DNA of 64,000 nucleotides, taken from assembly GCA_050302075.1 (NCBI GenBank), contig JBNLAH010000002.1, positions 160,001-224,000 on the forward strand, written 5' to 3'. This DNA comes from Parachlamydiales bacterium (GTDB taxonomy: Bacteria > Chlamydiota > Chlamydiia > Chlamydiales > SM23-39). The position numbers and the translations under genes were made by a program. Positions within the stretch are counted from its first letter, which is position 1; the number at the start of each line of letters is the position of its first letter. The notes under the pieces were generated by a model. That model did no database searches. It worked only from the letters and a program-made list of their open reading frames with translations, and was not told where the DNA came from. Below are positions 1 through 9,286 of this stretch, piece after piece.

Positions 1-570
1 TAGAAAAATAGCATATAGCAAAAAAGCTGAAGAAAGAGAAAACAGAGCAGTTATCCCAATTTTTTCCAAGAAATTAGAAATTAGAAGACCAGATATAACA
101 GCCCCTAAAAAATAAGAAGCATTATACATAGAGTAGGTTCTTTTAGCATCCTGGAGATCATGGTAGTTATCTATAAAAGCCCATGAACATGCGATCAAGT
201 TTGCTAAAAAAGTTAACGAAAAGGCTTTTATCACAAACCAAAACCAAGTAGGCGGAGTATAATATGCAGCGGTTGCGGTGATAGATGTTATGATAACCCC
301 AATCGTAAGCACTCCCATCAGAATCTTATAAGGACTGAAAATTTTCAAAAGACCCAAGATCAAAGAAGATCCGGTTATCATAGATATCGCTGCAATAAGA
401 TATACCTTAGGTAAATATGCTTCACCTAGATTCTCAATAAAAAGACCATCTGTAAGCGTAGATATGCAGGTAGCGCCCAATGACCAAGTGATTACAAGGA
501 TAGCAAAGCGAAGAGTCTTTTTTCCTTCACCTGGGTAAATACCAAAAAGCTTTCTAAAAAAACTTTGCAC
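1..570 (-). CDS. 5' part (truncated by window edge) of an MFS/nucleotide-transporter-like membrane protein, resembling chlamydial CT234-type proteins
   Basis: Not in ORF track. Manual translation from GTG at 570 (GGAGG upstream): MQSFFRKLFGIYPGEGKKTLRFAILVITWSLG...DGLFIENLGEAYLPKVYL...WAFIDNYHDLQDAKRTYSMYNASYFLG; open to position 1, multiple TM helices. Confidence 0.65.
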   Translation of the reverse strand, partial: MQSFFRKLFGIYPGEGKKTLRFAILVITWSLGATCISTLTDGLFIENLGEAYLPKVYLIAAISMITGSSLILGLLKIFSPYKILMGVLTIGVIITSITATAAYYTPPTWFWFVIKAFSLTFLANLIACSWAFIDNYHDLQDAKRTYSMYNASYFLGAVISGLLISNFLEKIGITALFSLSSAFLLYAIFL

Positions 571-748
571 TATTGGCACCTCCCCCCATTTTTGTGGGAT
601 AATTTTTACAAATTAAGGAATTATCAGCCATTAATATTAGTTAATTTCAGAATAAAAATCCCTCAAATATTCACTTTAGGTTTTTTTGATTTTTACTTTC
701 TAAAATTTAAACAAAAGACTAAGCTTTCAAGCTAAAAGAAATAAAAAT

Positions 749-1123
749 ATGAGAATTACTAATCCTTTTCAAAGATTTTATAGTAACCCAAAGCCAATAA
801 AATCAACCACTTCTGGTAAGTTATGGATCAATTATACAAAGAAAATCAGCTCCTTAGAGCCATCCAGTAGCAAAAATGTCAATATTGCTATTAAAATAGC
901 AGCTTATGTATCAACTATTTTCCTTGTAGTAACAATAATGAATATAACCCTTATAGTAGATTTCGTAAGTTACTCATATAGTAAGATTTATGAATCATGG
1001 AAGGGAGGTAAGAAAAATATGGCCTCTGAGAGTTCTTTTTCAAATCAGCTTATTGTCGGATCTATAGGAATATCTACAATACTGTCTTGTGTTTATGCCT
1101 TGCGCTCTTATGGAATAATCTAG
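749..1123 (+). CDS. hypothetical membrane protein, orphan family A member 1
   Basis: Two hydrophobic segments; SGKLWINY...NIAIKIA aligns with the two downstream ORFs. Confidence 0.7.
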   Translation: MRITNPFQRFYSNPKPIKSTTSGKLWINYTKKISSLEPSSSKNVNIAIKIAAYVSTIFLVVTIMNITLIVDFVSYSYSKIYESWKGGKKNMASESSFSNQLIVGSIGISTILSCVYALRSYGII

Positions 1124-1322
1124 CAAATGGGTCGTAGTTAATTAAAATATCTAGTCATTTGATTCAAGTATATAGATCAAAAACTTTGAAAGTAATAATT
1201 AAAATTATTAATTTACAAGTTTTTAAGTAATTAACTATTAGTAGTTAAGAACTATTTTTCAATTGTTAATTGCTAGATTAAAAGAAATTTAATTGAGTAT
1301 TTATTTTTTTATTAAAAAAATA

Positions 1323-1352
1323 TTGCGTTAATAATAATAAATTTATTATACT
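1323..1352 (+). promoter_or_regulatory. putative sigma66/sigma70-type promoter for ORF 1437
   Basis: TTGCGT (1323-1328), 18-nt spacer, TATACT (1347-1352); AT-rich context makes a chance match possible. Confidence 0.4.
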
Positions 1353-1436
1353 TTTGAGTGAAAATAAAATTAAAACAAACAAGTTGTTTTAATGGTTATA
1401 ATTCAACTTAAAAAATAAAATCTTTGGAGGAAGAAG

Positions 1437-1973
1437 ATGACTATAGAAATGTACCCTGACTTTGCAGCATTAGGAAGAGCTGTACTTGGTGGAATTAATA
1501 AATTATTACCAAGCAAAAAAGGAGAATCTACTCTTTATTCAGGAAGAGTTATAGCACACTATAAAAACTTAGCAGTTAATGCTAGCCCAACAAAAAATAA
1601 GATGGTAAATTCAGCAGCAAGAGTAGCTTTTGCTGTAGCTGCATTTATTCCTTATATGATTGCAACTATTGGTGCTGGTTTTGCTGATATAGCTGTTATG
1701 GCGTCAAAAAACCTACCTAAAGCTTATAGCTTAATTAAGAATAGATTTTCAAAAAAATCATCAGGTAAATTGCAACTTGCAGCTAGAGCTGGAGCTCAGT
1801 TTGTTTATAAAAACAGAAAGGCTCTTCTAGGTGCTTTAAGTTTTGCTATGGCTTCAGGTGCAGCTTATTATTATAAAGATGCAATTGCAGCAGATTTAAG
1901 TAGACGTGTATATGAATTTAATTTAAGTCACGCAAGTGGACTTAAATGGGCGAAAATGAGAGTTTTCGGTTAA
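1437..1973 (+). CDS. hypothetical membrane protein, orphan family A member 2 (Inc-like candidate)
   Basis: GGAGG RBS; NSAARVAFAVAAFIPY...FADIAVM hydrophobic block plus second TM segment; followed by terminator. Confidence 0.8.
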   Translation: MTIEMYPDFAALGRAVLGGINKLLPSKKGESTLYSGRVIAHYKNLAVNASPTKNKMVNSAARVAFAVAAFIPYMIATIGAGFADIAVMASKNLPKAYSLIKNRFSKKSSGKLQLAARAGAQFVYKNRKALLGALSFAMASGAAYYYKDAIAADLSRRVYEFNLSHASGLKWAKMRVFG

Positions 1974-1998
1974 TCTTAATTAGAATATTTAAGAAAAG

Positions 1999-2023
1999 GG
2001 CCCTATTTTTAGGGCCTTTTTTT
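1999..2023 (+). terminator. rho-independent terminator
   Basis: GGCCCTA-tttt-TAGGGCC then T7. Confidence 0.85.
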
Positions 2024-2100
2024 ATTTCTAAAATTTTCTAAGTTCTAGCTTTTCTATTTATTAGTATCAATAGTTTTTAAGGTTTTGGTTTTTGGAACAT

Positions 2101-2224
2101 AGGTAGCCAAGATATTCACCCCACGTCCTTGCTATACACTAAGGTGGCTATCTGTAGCAGGTCTTGAATAGCGGCAAAAGCTGCTCTTTTGAGAGGTATT
2201 CAGCTTTAGCAGGGGAGTATTCAC
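2101..2224 (+). other. unidentified structured element (candidate ncRNA or IS200/IS605-end-derived remnant)
   Basis: GC-richer than flanks, several complementary stems with G-U pairs favouring the + strand; ends GCTTTAGCAGGGGAGTATTCAC. Confidence 0.5.
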
Positions 2225-2342
2225 ACAGATTAGTTCTAAAAAAAATATATCAATATTGCTTTTAACTTAAATGACCTGATAAAATACCGTAACATCTTTT
2301 TTTTTAAGTTTTGTTAAAAACAATATTAATATAGGTGAAAAC

Positions 2343-2744
2343 ATGCCATTAAAAAATTTACTTTTCGGCGATCATAATTATAATAGCAGATTTATAGTGT
2401 ATAACAGAAAATATAACACAGAAAAACTATGGTCGAACTTCACATACATAGCTAAAAATATCAGATTGAGCAGTAATAGGACTTTAAATTTAGCTGCAAG
2501 AGTTGCTTTTGTAGTATTAGCATTCATACCATTTATTTGTTTAACTCCTTTTGTAGCATTAGCTGATATAGCAGCGATGGGCGAAAATGGGTTCAGAAGT
2601 AATTTTGGATATCCAGTTTTATTAAATCACAAAAAATCTAATTTTGACCTTTTTGTGTCTAATTTGAATTTAGTTTTAGATCATAAAATAGAAACTTTGG
2701 CGATTTCGCTATTAAGTTACATGTTGATAAAACGAATTGCATAG
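2343..2744 (+). CDS. hypothetical membrane protein, orphan family A member 3
   Basis: AGGTG RBS; NLAARVAFVVLAFIPF...LADIAAM closely matches ORF 1437. Confidence 0.75.
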   Translation: MPLKNLLFGDHNYNSRFIVYNRKYNTEKLWSNFTYIAKNIRLSSNRTLNLAARVAFVVLAFIPFICLTPFVALADIAAMGENGFRSNFGYPVLLNHKKSNFDLFVSNLNLVLDHKIETLAISLLSYMLIKRIA

Positions 2745-2852
2745 AGTCAAACTAGCATTTTAGCATCAGTAATCCTGACGTTTAAGTTCAAGAACAGGAT
2801 TTATATTTAGAAATTGCTATAAGCTTATTTATTAAATCATTATAAAATTTCT

Positions 2853-2884
2853 AAAAAGACCTGTTTTTTTAAGGTCTTTTTTTT
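2853..2884 (+). terminator. rho-independent terminator
   Basis: AAAAAGACCT...AGGTCTTTTT followed by further Ts. Confidence 0.7.
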
Positions 2885-2942
2885 GCTTTTAGTCTATCCT
2901 TCTTTGTAGGTCAAAAAAATCTTTTTAGGGATTATAAAAACA

Positions 2943-3755
2943 ATGAATTTAGAAAATTACAAGATCGGTTTTATTGGTTTTGGGCACATGGCTCAAATTC
3001 TATTTCAAAGATTAGTCTCATCCGATTTAATTCGAGAAAGTCAAGTTTTCTTTGCTGAAAAAGACGAAGTAAAAACTAAAAAAATAATAGAAAAATTCGA
3101 CATTGAACCGATCAGCTTATCAAAAATTAATCAAACTTGCCGTCTCATCTTAATCTGTGTGACGCCTCAAAACATTCAAGAAGTTTTAAATGAGATCAAA
3201 GTAAATTCAAATAAACAAAACTTGTATATTTCGATTTTAGCTGGAACAAAAATAGAACGTCTGCAAAAAGAATTAGGTCCGGAAAATATGATTATGAAAG
3301 CTCTTCCGAATGTTGCATCTTCTATCGGCGAAGGTATAATTCCTCTTTGTTTCAATAGCTCCTGTTCAGTTGATATGAAAACAATTGGGATGTTGCTTTT
3401 CACTTCACTTGGAATGGTAGTAGAAATTTCAGAGAAACTTATGGATATTGTTTGTGGAATATGTGGGTGCTTACCTGCTTTTGTTCTTAAAATGGTTGAT
3501 GAAATTGCTAAAATGGGTATGCAAGAAGGCCTCACTTATGAAATGTCTTTAAAACTTACTGCACAAGCGTTTGCTGGAAGTGCAAAGTTAATTCAAAAAG
3601 AGAAGAATATTGATCAATTAATAAAAACAGCTACTTCGCCAAATGGTGCAACAGAAGCTGGGCTTGAAGTTTTAAAAACTCTAGGTGTATTATCCGGGCT
3701 AAAAGAAAGTGTCAAAGCATCAATAAATAGATCTAGCGAGTTATCAAATATATAA
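2943..3755 (+). CDS. proC: pyrroline-5-carboxylate reductase
   Basis: IGFIGFGHMA Rossmann motif, ALPN, TSPNGATEAGL. Confidence 0.93.
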   Translation: MNLENYKIGFIGFGHMAQILFQRLVSSDLIRESQVFFAEKDEVKTKKIIEKFDIEPISLSKINQTCRLILICVTPQNIQEVLNEIKVNSNKQNLYISILAGTKIERLQKELGPENMIMKALPNVASSIGEGIIPLCFNSSCSVDMKTIGMLLFTSLGMVVEISEKLMDIVCGICGCLPAFVLKMVDEIAKMGMQEGLTYEMSLKLTAQAFAGSAKLIQKEKNIDQLIKTATSPNGATEAGLEVLKTLGVLSGLKESVKASINRSSELSNI

Positions 3756-3905
3756 ATTTAGTAGAAAATAATACATGCTTCTTAAAGCAGACTAAAGCGT
3801 CTTTTTTCTGGAATTTTGAACTTCTCCATGTTAAAGTTACCCTATTAAATTTAGTGTAGAAACATTTAACTAGTAGTATAGATAAAGCGGAGGTTGTTTT
3901 TTCAA

Positions 3906-4859
3906 ATGGAAAAAAGAAAGGTAGTTATAATAGGTTCAGGTCCTGCTGGTTATACCGCTGCGATATATGCTGCTAGAGCGAATCTAAAGCCAGTGCTATT
4001 TGAAGGTTTCATGTCTGGTCCTGCTGGAGGACAATTAATGACAACCACAGATGTAGAGAATTTCCCAGGATTTCCAGATGGAATTTTGGGGCCTACTATG
4101 ATGGAGAATTTTAAAAAGCAGGCTGTCAAGTTTGACACCAAAGTTCTTACTGAAGATGTCAAGTCCATAGATTTAACAAAACATCCTTTTGAAGTTATTG
4201 GAAGTAAATCATCTTTTTATGCACATTCAGTCATTATAGCGACAGGTGCTACAGCAAAAAGATTAGATATTCCAGGTGCTCGAGATGGGGAATTCTGGCA
4301 GAAAGGTGTAACAGCATGTGCCATTTGCGATGGTGCGGCTCCAATTTTCAGAGATAAAAATCTCTTCGTGATAGGTGGAGGCGATAGTGCTGTAGAAGAA
4401 GCTGTTTTTTTAACTAAGTACGCTAAAAAGGTATTCATAGTCCATAGAAGAGATGAACTGAGGGCATCAAAGATCATGGCTGAAAGAGCTTTAAATCATC
4501 CTAAAATCGAAATTCTTTGGAACAAGGTTATATCGGAAATTTATGGAGATGATATTGTTAGAGGAGTAGTACTTAAGGACTCTCAAAATGGCAATACAAT
4601 GAAATACGATGCTGGAGGGGTATTTTTTGCAATAGGCCACCTTCCAAATACAGCATTTTTAAATAATCAGCTAAAATTAGACTCAGATAAGTATATAGTC
4701 GCACAAGATAACTCTTCAAAGACAAATGTTGAAGGTGTTTTTGCTGCAGGTGATGTAAGGGATCGAATTTATAGGCAGGCAATAACAGCTGCTGGATCCG
4801 GCTGTATGGCAGCAATAGATGCTGAAAGATGGCTATCTGAGAAAGGATATATCGATTAA
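3906..4859 (+). CDS. trxB: thioredoxin-disulfide reductase
   Basis: GSGPAG, CAIC redox pair, [18 protein letters not shown] 3906 preferred over TTG 3894. Confidence 0.97.
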   Translation: MEKRKVVIIGSGPAGYTAAIYAARANLKPVLFEGFMSGPAGGQLMTTTDVENFPGFPDGILGPTMMENFKKQAVKFDTKVLTEDVKSIDLTKHPFEVIGSKSSFYAHSVIIATGATAKRLDIPGARDGEFWQKGVTACAICDGAAPIFRDKNLFVIGGGDSAVEEAVFLTKYAKKVFIVHRRDELRASKIMAERALNHPKIEILWNKVISEIYGDDIVRGVVLKDSQNGNTMKYDAGGVFFAIGHLPNTAFLNNQLKLDSDKYIVAQDNSSKTNVEGVFAAGDVRDRIYRQAITAAGSGCMAAIDAERWLSEKGYID

Positions 4860-5665
4860 TGCGCTCATTATGGATTGCTATATCCATTTGTTTTTCTTTA
4901 AATTCATTAGAAAAACAACCATGGTTTGGCGATATCTACGAATTTCACTTGTTAACGGGCTATACTTATAGCTTTTTTCGGAAAGTAGAAGGAGCCGTTG
5001 ACCAACTTAGTAAAACATCAAATGATCATTTGTTATTTTCAGATCTCGAGTTTTCTGTATCTCCTTACTGGAGCATTGACACTGATTTAGAGTTTACAGA
5101 CACACCAAGACAATCATTTAGCTTTAGAAGCTATGCGCTCCAGGCAAGATATTTGTGGTTTGATGATGTTGTAGGAGATCCAGTTACTCTTTCAACAGGC
5201 TTAAATGGCAGGTTTGTATCTTCCAGAAGTTTAAAAGATGTCAGTTGCCCATACCACGGTAATGTTGATTTTCAAGGTAACTTCTCTATAGGTAAGGAAT
5301 TTGACCAAGGGGGATGTTGGAGATACCGTCTATGGGGATTTGGAACTATTGGGATTGCTAATATAGGATCGCCCTGGGTTGGTGGAACTTTGGCTCTTGA
5401 GGGGAATTTCTTAGATCAACATAAATGGGGAATTTTTCTTATTGGAGGACATGGGTATGGTAGAAAAACGAGTATCAATATAAATTCCTTTAGAGGATAT
5501 GGAAAAGTAAGATATAAATTTGTTGATATTGCTTTTCGATATGGCTTTAGAACAGGAGTATGGGGGACTCTTAGGTTTGAGTATCAAAGACGCCTTTTAG
5601 CAAAGCTTTATCCAGAAAAAGTTAACTTTTTTACTATCAGTTATCTTCTTCCATTTTCATTTTAA
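4859..5665 (+). CDS. exported hypothetical protein, possible outer-membrane beta-barrel
   Basis: Short N-terminal hydrophobic stretch, aromatic/Gly-rich alternating strands, C-terminal Phe. Confidence 0.55.
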   Translation: MRSLWIAISICFSLNSLEKQPWFGDIYEFHLLTGYTYSFFRKVEGAVDQLSKTSNDHLLFSDLEFSVSPYWSIDTDLEFTDTPRQSFSFRSYALQARYLWFDDVVGDPVTLSTGLNGRFVSSRSLKDVSCPYHGNVDFQGNFSIGKEFDQGGCWRYRLWGFGTIGIANIGSPWVGGTLALEGNFLDQHKWGIFLIGGHGYGRKTSININSFRGYGKVRYKFVDIAFRYGFRTGVWGTLRFEYQRRLLAKLYPEKVNFFTISYLLPFSF

Positions 5666-6022
5666 GCAAAGCGCAACTGCAGATGCGTAGTCTCTGCAGT
5701 GAGTAATAGAAATATGTATTTTAATTTTTTGCCACTTAGAATCGTCCAAAAAGATAACTTCCGGCTTTCCTTGCTTGTTATTTATAATTTCGAAATCTAA
5801 CCACTTAAGTTCTTTGCCAAAGCCAGTTCCTAAAGCTTTTGATACAGCTTCTTTTGCGGCATACCTGCCAGCGAAATGTATTTCAGGTGATCTAAATGTA
5901 TTGCAGTATTGCTGCTCACTTTTTGTGAAAAGTTTATTTAAGAAATGACTTCCATGATCTTTTATGCTTTTAAAAATTCGATTTACCTCAATAATATCAT
6001 TTCCAATGCCATAAATTTCCAT
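5657..6022 (-). CDS. acpS: holo-ACP synthase
   Basis: GIGNDIIEV, AGRYAAKEAVSKALGTG, ISITH. Confidence 0.96.
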   Translation of the reverse strand: MEIYGIGNDIIEVNRIFKSIKDHGSHFLNKLFTKSEQQYCNTFRSPEIHFAGRYAAKEAVSKALGTGFGKELKWLDFEIINNKQGKPEVIFLDDSKWQKIKIHISITHCRDYASAVALCLK

Positions 6023-6043
6023 TTTATTATAACTCAATATAGT

Positions 6044-7108
6044 CTAAATCTGGCTAGAGTATGACTGATCAACTAAGTTTTTTTCTACAGCATTACAAAA
6101 AATAATCCTCCCACTAGATGTATGCTTTACGGAAAGCACTATTGCATCTATTTTTTCTCCAATGAAATCTCCGCCACCATTTACGACAACCATTGCTCCA
6201 TCTTCAAGATAACCTACTCCTTGTCTTGGCTCTTTACCATATCTTTGAATAGTTATTTGAAGTCTTTCACCTGCAAACATGAGTGGCTTTAAAGCATTTG
6301 AAAGAGAATGAATATTTATCATTGGAATATCAGAAGTATATTTTTCTTTTGTGCTGCTAGCATCTGCTGTCAATATTTTTGAATCGGTGATTTTTGCTGT
6401 GCGAAACAGCTTCTCTTCTTCGCTCATATCAGGAAAGTTTAGATCTGAGAATTCTATTTCTAAGTTTGGTATTTCTTGAATTTTTTTATATACACCAAGT
6501 ATCTTTCTAGGGCTTTGGTCTTCAGATTCATCTTCCATTAAGCTTTGTGCTTTTTCAATTATGAATTTTGGGATTATGATATGATCGATAATTCCTGATG
6601 AAAATAAATCAATTACCCTTGGATCAGACAAAGCTGATGATGACAATAGAATGCTTTTTTTATTACTTTTATTTTGCTTTAAGCGAATAAAAGGAATGCT
6701 GAAATACACTTGCTCTGCATTTTTTACAGTTAGAACAGTTCCAAGATAAATACCGCTTAAGAAGAAAGGAAACTTGATGAAATTAGATAAAATAACTGAA
6801 TTAAGGCTTACTGGAATAATTTGATCAATAATTAGGTTAAAAGATTTTCCCAAAAAAATTCCAACAAACAAACCTAATATAACAGAATTGAAGCTAAGTA
6901 ATTTTGTCTTGTTTAGGAATTTTTCGAAAATGAAACATACAGAAATGGTGAGAATACCAAGACAGAGGCCTACTAAAGCATATTCCATAGATATCCCAGT
7001 AACATTAAATGTTAAAGTGGTTGAACAAAATAAAATAAAACTGATAAGAAAGAACCTCAAATTTTTAAGGGTGTACATAGTTTCTCCGACAGGTGATAAG
7101 TTTGCCAT
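6044..7108 (-). CDS. membrane PIN/TRAM-domain protein (YacL-like)
   Basis: N-terminal TM helices; C-terminal GKEPRQGVGYLEDGAMVVV...GRIIF TRAM signature. Confidence 0.88.
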   Translation of the reverse strand: MANLSPVGETMYTLKNLRFFLISFILFCSTTLTFNVTGISMEYALVGLCLGILTISVCFIFEKFLNKTKLLSFNSVILGLFVGIFLGKSFNLIIDQIIPVSLNSVILSNFIKFPFFLSGIYLGTVLTVKNAEQVYFSIPFIRLKQNKSNKKSILLSSSALSDPRVIDLFSSGIIDHIIIPKFIIEKAQSLMEDESEDQSPRKILGVYKKIQEIPNLEIEFSDLNFPDMSEEEKLFRTAKITDSKILTADASSTKEKYTSDIPMINIHSLSNALKPLMFAGERLQITIQRYGKEPRQGVGYLEDGAMVVVNGGGDFIGEKIDAIVLSVKHTSSGRIIFCNAVEKNLVDQSYSSQI

Positions 7109-7194
7109 TAATTGTTAATCTAGCGGATTTTATTAATGAAATTTATTTTTGTCGACAACTGTTAAAAAAAATTTTTACTAAGGTTAAGTAAATA

Positions 7195-7617
7195 ATGAAA
7201 CATTGGTTTTATATTGCCTTTACCGGAGTTTTCTGGATATCTATAGGCTTGTATCTTTTTGTAAAAGGAATTGATTTTCTTAAGATTTCCAACTTAAGTC
7301 CACCTTATTTTATTTCGGTGTGTATGCTTTCACTATTAGCTGGATATTTAAAGGAAAAATTTGTGTTAAAAAAAACAGTTAAAAGAATAGTTGGAAGAAT
7401 TTTATCTTTTATGATCCCAATACCGATCTTTAAAATATATGATGGTAAATTCTATATAGTTATTTTTATGATGATAGTTCTAGGACAGTCTCTAAAGTGG
7501 TTCTCTTTTCCATTAATAATTCGAGGGGGAATAGACTTGTCAATTGGAGTGGCTTTAATAAAAGGTGGTTATAGATTTTTAACCATGGGAGCATTTTCAA
7601 AAAAAATATCATATTAA
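7195..7617 (+). CDS. hypothetical membrane protein
   Basis: About four TM segments; IRGGIDLSIGVAL. Confidence 0.7.
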   Translation: MKHWFYIAFTGVFWISIGLYLFVKGIDFLKISNLSPPYFISVCMLSLLAGYLKEKFVLKKTVKRIVGRILSFMIPIPIFKIYDGKFYIVIFMMIVLGQSLKWFSFPLIIRGGIDLSIGVALIKGGYRFLTMGAFSKKISY

Positions 7618-8039
7618 TGCTGGTATTTTGTATTTTTATTGATTTGATCGGCTCTATACAATTGCTCTACTAGTATCATCCGAGACATTTGATGGGTAAA
7701 AGTTAGCTTAGATAAAGAGATATTACAAAATGATTTTTTTCTTAATTGCTCAGTAAGGCCATTAGCATCTCCAATTACAAAAGATAGTTTCGAATTGTTC
7801 TTTTCAAATAATTTGAAGATTGCTTCTGAAAATTCAAAGCTATTGTACTCATTTCCTAAAACATCTAAACATATAAATAATTTTTCATTTAATACTGAGT
7901 TTTCTAGTTGGGTAATGGTCTTAAAAAAAAGCCATTCAAGGTGAATATTATTACTTAATCTTTTTTCATATTCATTAATACAGTCATTAATCCACTTATC
8001 TTTATTTTTACCTACAGTAAATACTTTGACTTTTAACAT
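7614..8039 (-). CDS. rlmH: 23S rRNA pseudouridine-1915 N3-methyltransferase
   Basis: TVGK, FVIGDANG, SLSKLTFTHQMSRMILVEQLYRA. Confidence 0.93.
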   Translation of the reverse strand: MLKVKVFTVGKNKDKWINDCINEYEKRLSNNIHLEWLFFKTITQLENSVLNEKLFICLDVLGNEYNSFEFSEAIFKLFEKNNSKLSFVIGDANGLTEQLRKKSFCNISLSKLTFTHQMSRMILVEQLYRADQINKNTKYQH

Positions 8040-8076
8040 ATTTGATATAATCCTATTTGATTAATGGAGATATGAA

Positions 8077-9168
8077 ATGTTAGGATCTTTTTTTTGGAAC
8101 CCTTCAAGGGAAATTGTACAAATACCTTTAATTAACCTACCATTATTATGGTATGGTTTATTGTTTGCTAGTGGTTTTGCAATTGGGTATCTGATATTTG
8201 TTTCTATTTTAAGAAGATTTTTGAGTTATTATCCTGAATATTATTGGGGTGATATTTTATCTAATAAAGATATTTCAAATAAAATATTGAGTGCTAGGTC
8301 TTTTTTTTCTATTTCAAGCGACGCTCAAAGCCAATTAAGTAAAAGAGAAGTACTTGAGTTTCTAAATGACTCTTTAGATGAAAATGATTTAGGGGGAGAT
8401 AATGATCAAGTTAGACTAGAAAATCGTCAAGCCCTTGATGGAAAGTTAAGCCCACATGTTTTGTCTCTAAATAAAAAACCCTCAATCATTGCAGATAAAA
8501 TTTTATTCTATATGGTAATTGCTACCATTATCGGTTCTAGGTTGGGTCATTTTCTGTTTTATGAGAACCCCTCAGAGTATTTAGGAGATATAATGCAAAT
8601 TTTTCGTATCAGAGACGGGGGCCATGCAAGCCATGGGGCTGTTTTAGGCATACTAGTTGCAATGGCATTTTTTAGTCGCAAAGTTAAGAAGTATCTCCCT
8701 CAACTAGATTGGCTTAAAACCTTAGATTTGGTTTGTATTCCAGCATCTTTAGGGGCAGCATTTATACGAATTGGAAATTTTTTCAACCAAGAGATACTAG
8801 GAAAACCTAGTAGTCTTCCTTGGAGTGTGACTTTTGGAAGTCCCGCAGACTTAAGCGCACCTGTTCCTAGGCATCCTGTACAGCTTTATGAAGCCGGCTT
8901 TTATTTGGTGCTTTTTTTTATATTGTATTTATTAAGTTATAATGAAAAATTTTTATTAAAAAAAGGAAAGCTAATTGGACTTTTTTTAATTTCGGTTTTT
9001 TCATTTAGATTTGTAATTGAATTTTTTAAAGAAGATCAAAGTTATTTTTCACAGATTTTTGAGTTGAATATGGGACAACTACTTAGCATTCCATTGGTAA
9101 TTTTAGGGGCACTATTTCTCATTGTTAAAAGAAAAGATAATTTGTATTCTGATACGGTAAATTCTTAG
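8077..9168 (+). CDS. lgt: prolipoprotein diacylglyceryl transferase (with insertion)
   Basis: WYG, GSRLGH, ASHG, RIGNFFNQE, RHPVQLYE. Confidence 0.96.
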   Translation: MLGSFFWNPSREIVQIPLINLPLLWYGLLFASGFAIGYLIFVSILRRFLSYYPEYYWGDILSNKDISNKILSARSFFSISSDAQSQLSKREVLEFLNDSLDENDLGGDNDQVRLENRQALDGKLSPHVLSLNKKPSIIADKILFYMVIATIIGSRLGHFLFYENPSEYLGDIMQIFRIRDGGHASHGAVLGILVAMAFFSRKVKKYLPQLDWLKTLDLVCIPASLGAAFIRIGNFFNQEILGKPSSLPWSVTFGSPADLSAPVPRHPVQLYEAGFYLVLFFILYLLSYNEKFLLKKGKLIGLFLISVFSFRFVIEFFKEDQSYFSQIFELNMGQLLSIPLVILGALFLIVKRKDNLYSDTVNS

Positions 9169-9286
9169 CATTAGCTTGGGGAGAAACGTATTAAATTGGA
9201 TGTAAAGTTAAAGCTTGTAGATTTTTCTATTTAAAAGATAAAATAAATTTTTTTTATCACAAAATTAATATTTTTAGGAGGTTATT

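Noticed and set aside
2101..2224. Canonical HDV-like ribozyme, 6S RNA or known riboswitch identity for the structured element
   Set aside because: Topology is reminiscent, but L3 and J4/2 do not fit the HDV consensus, it is short for 6S, and no riboswitch core motif was recognised
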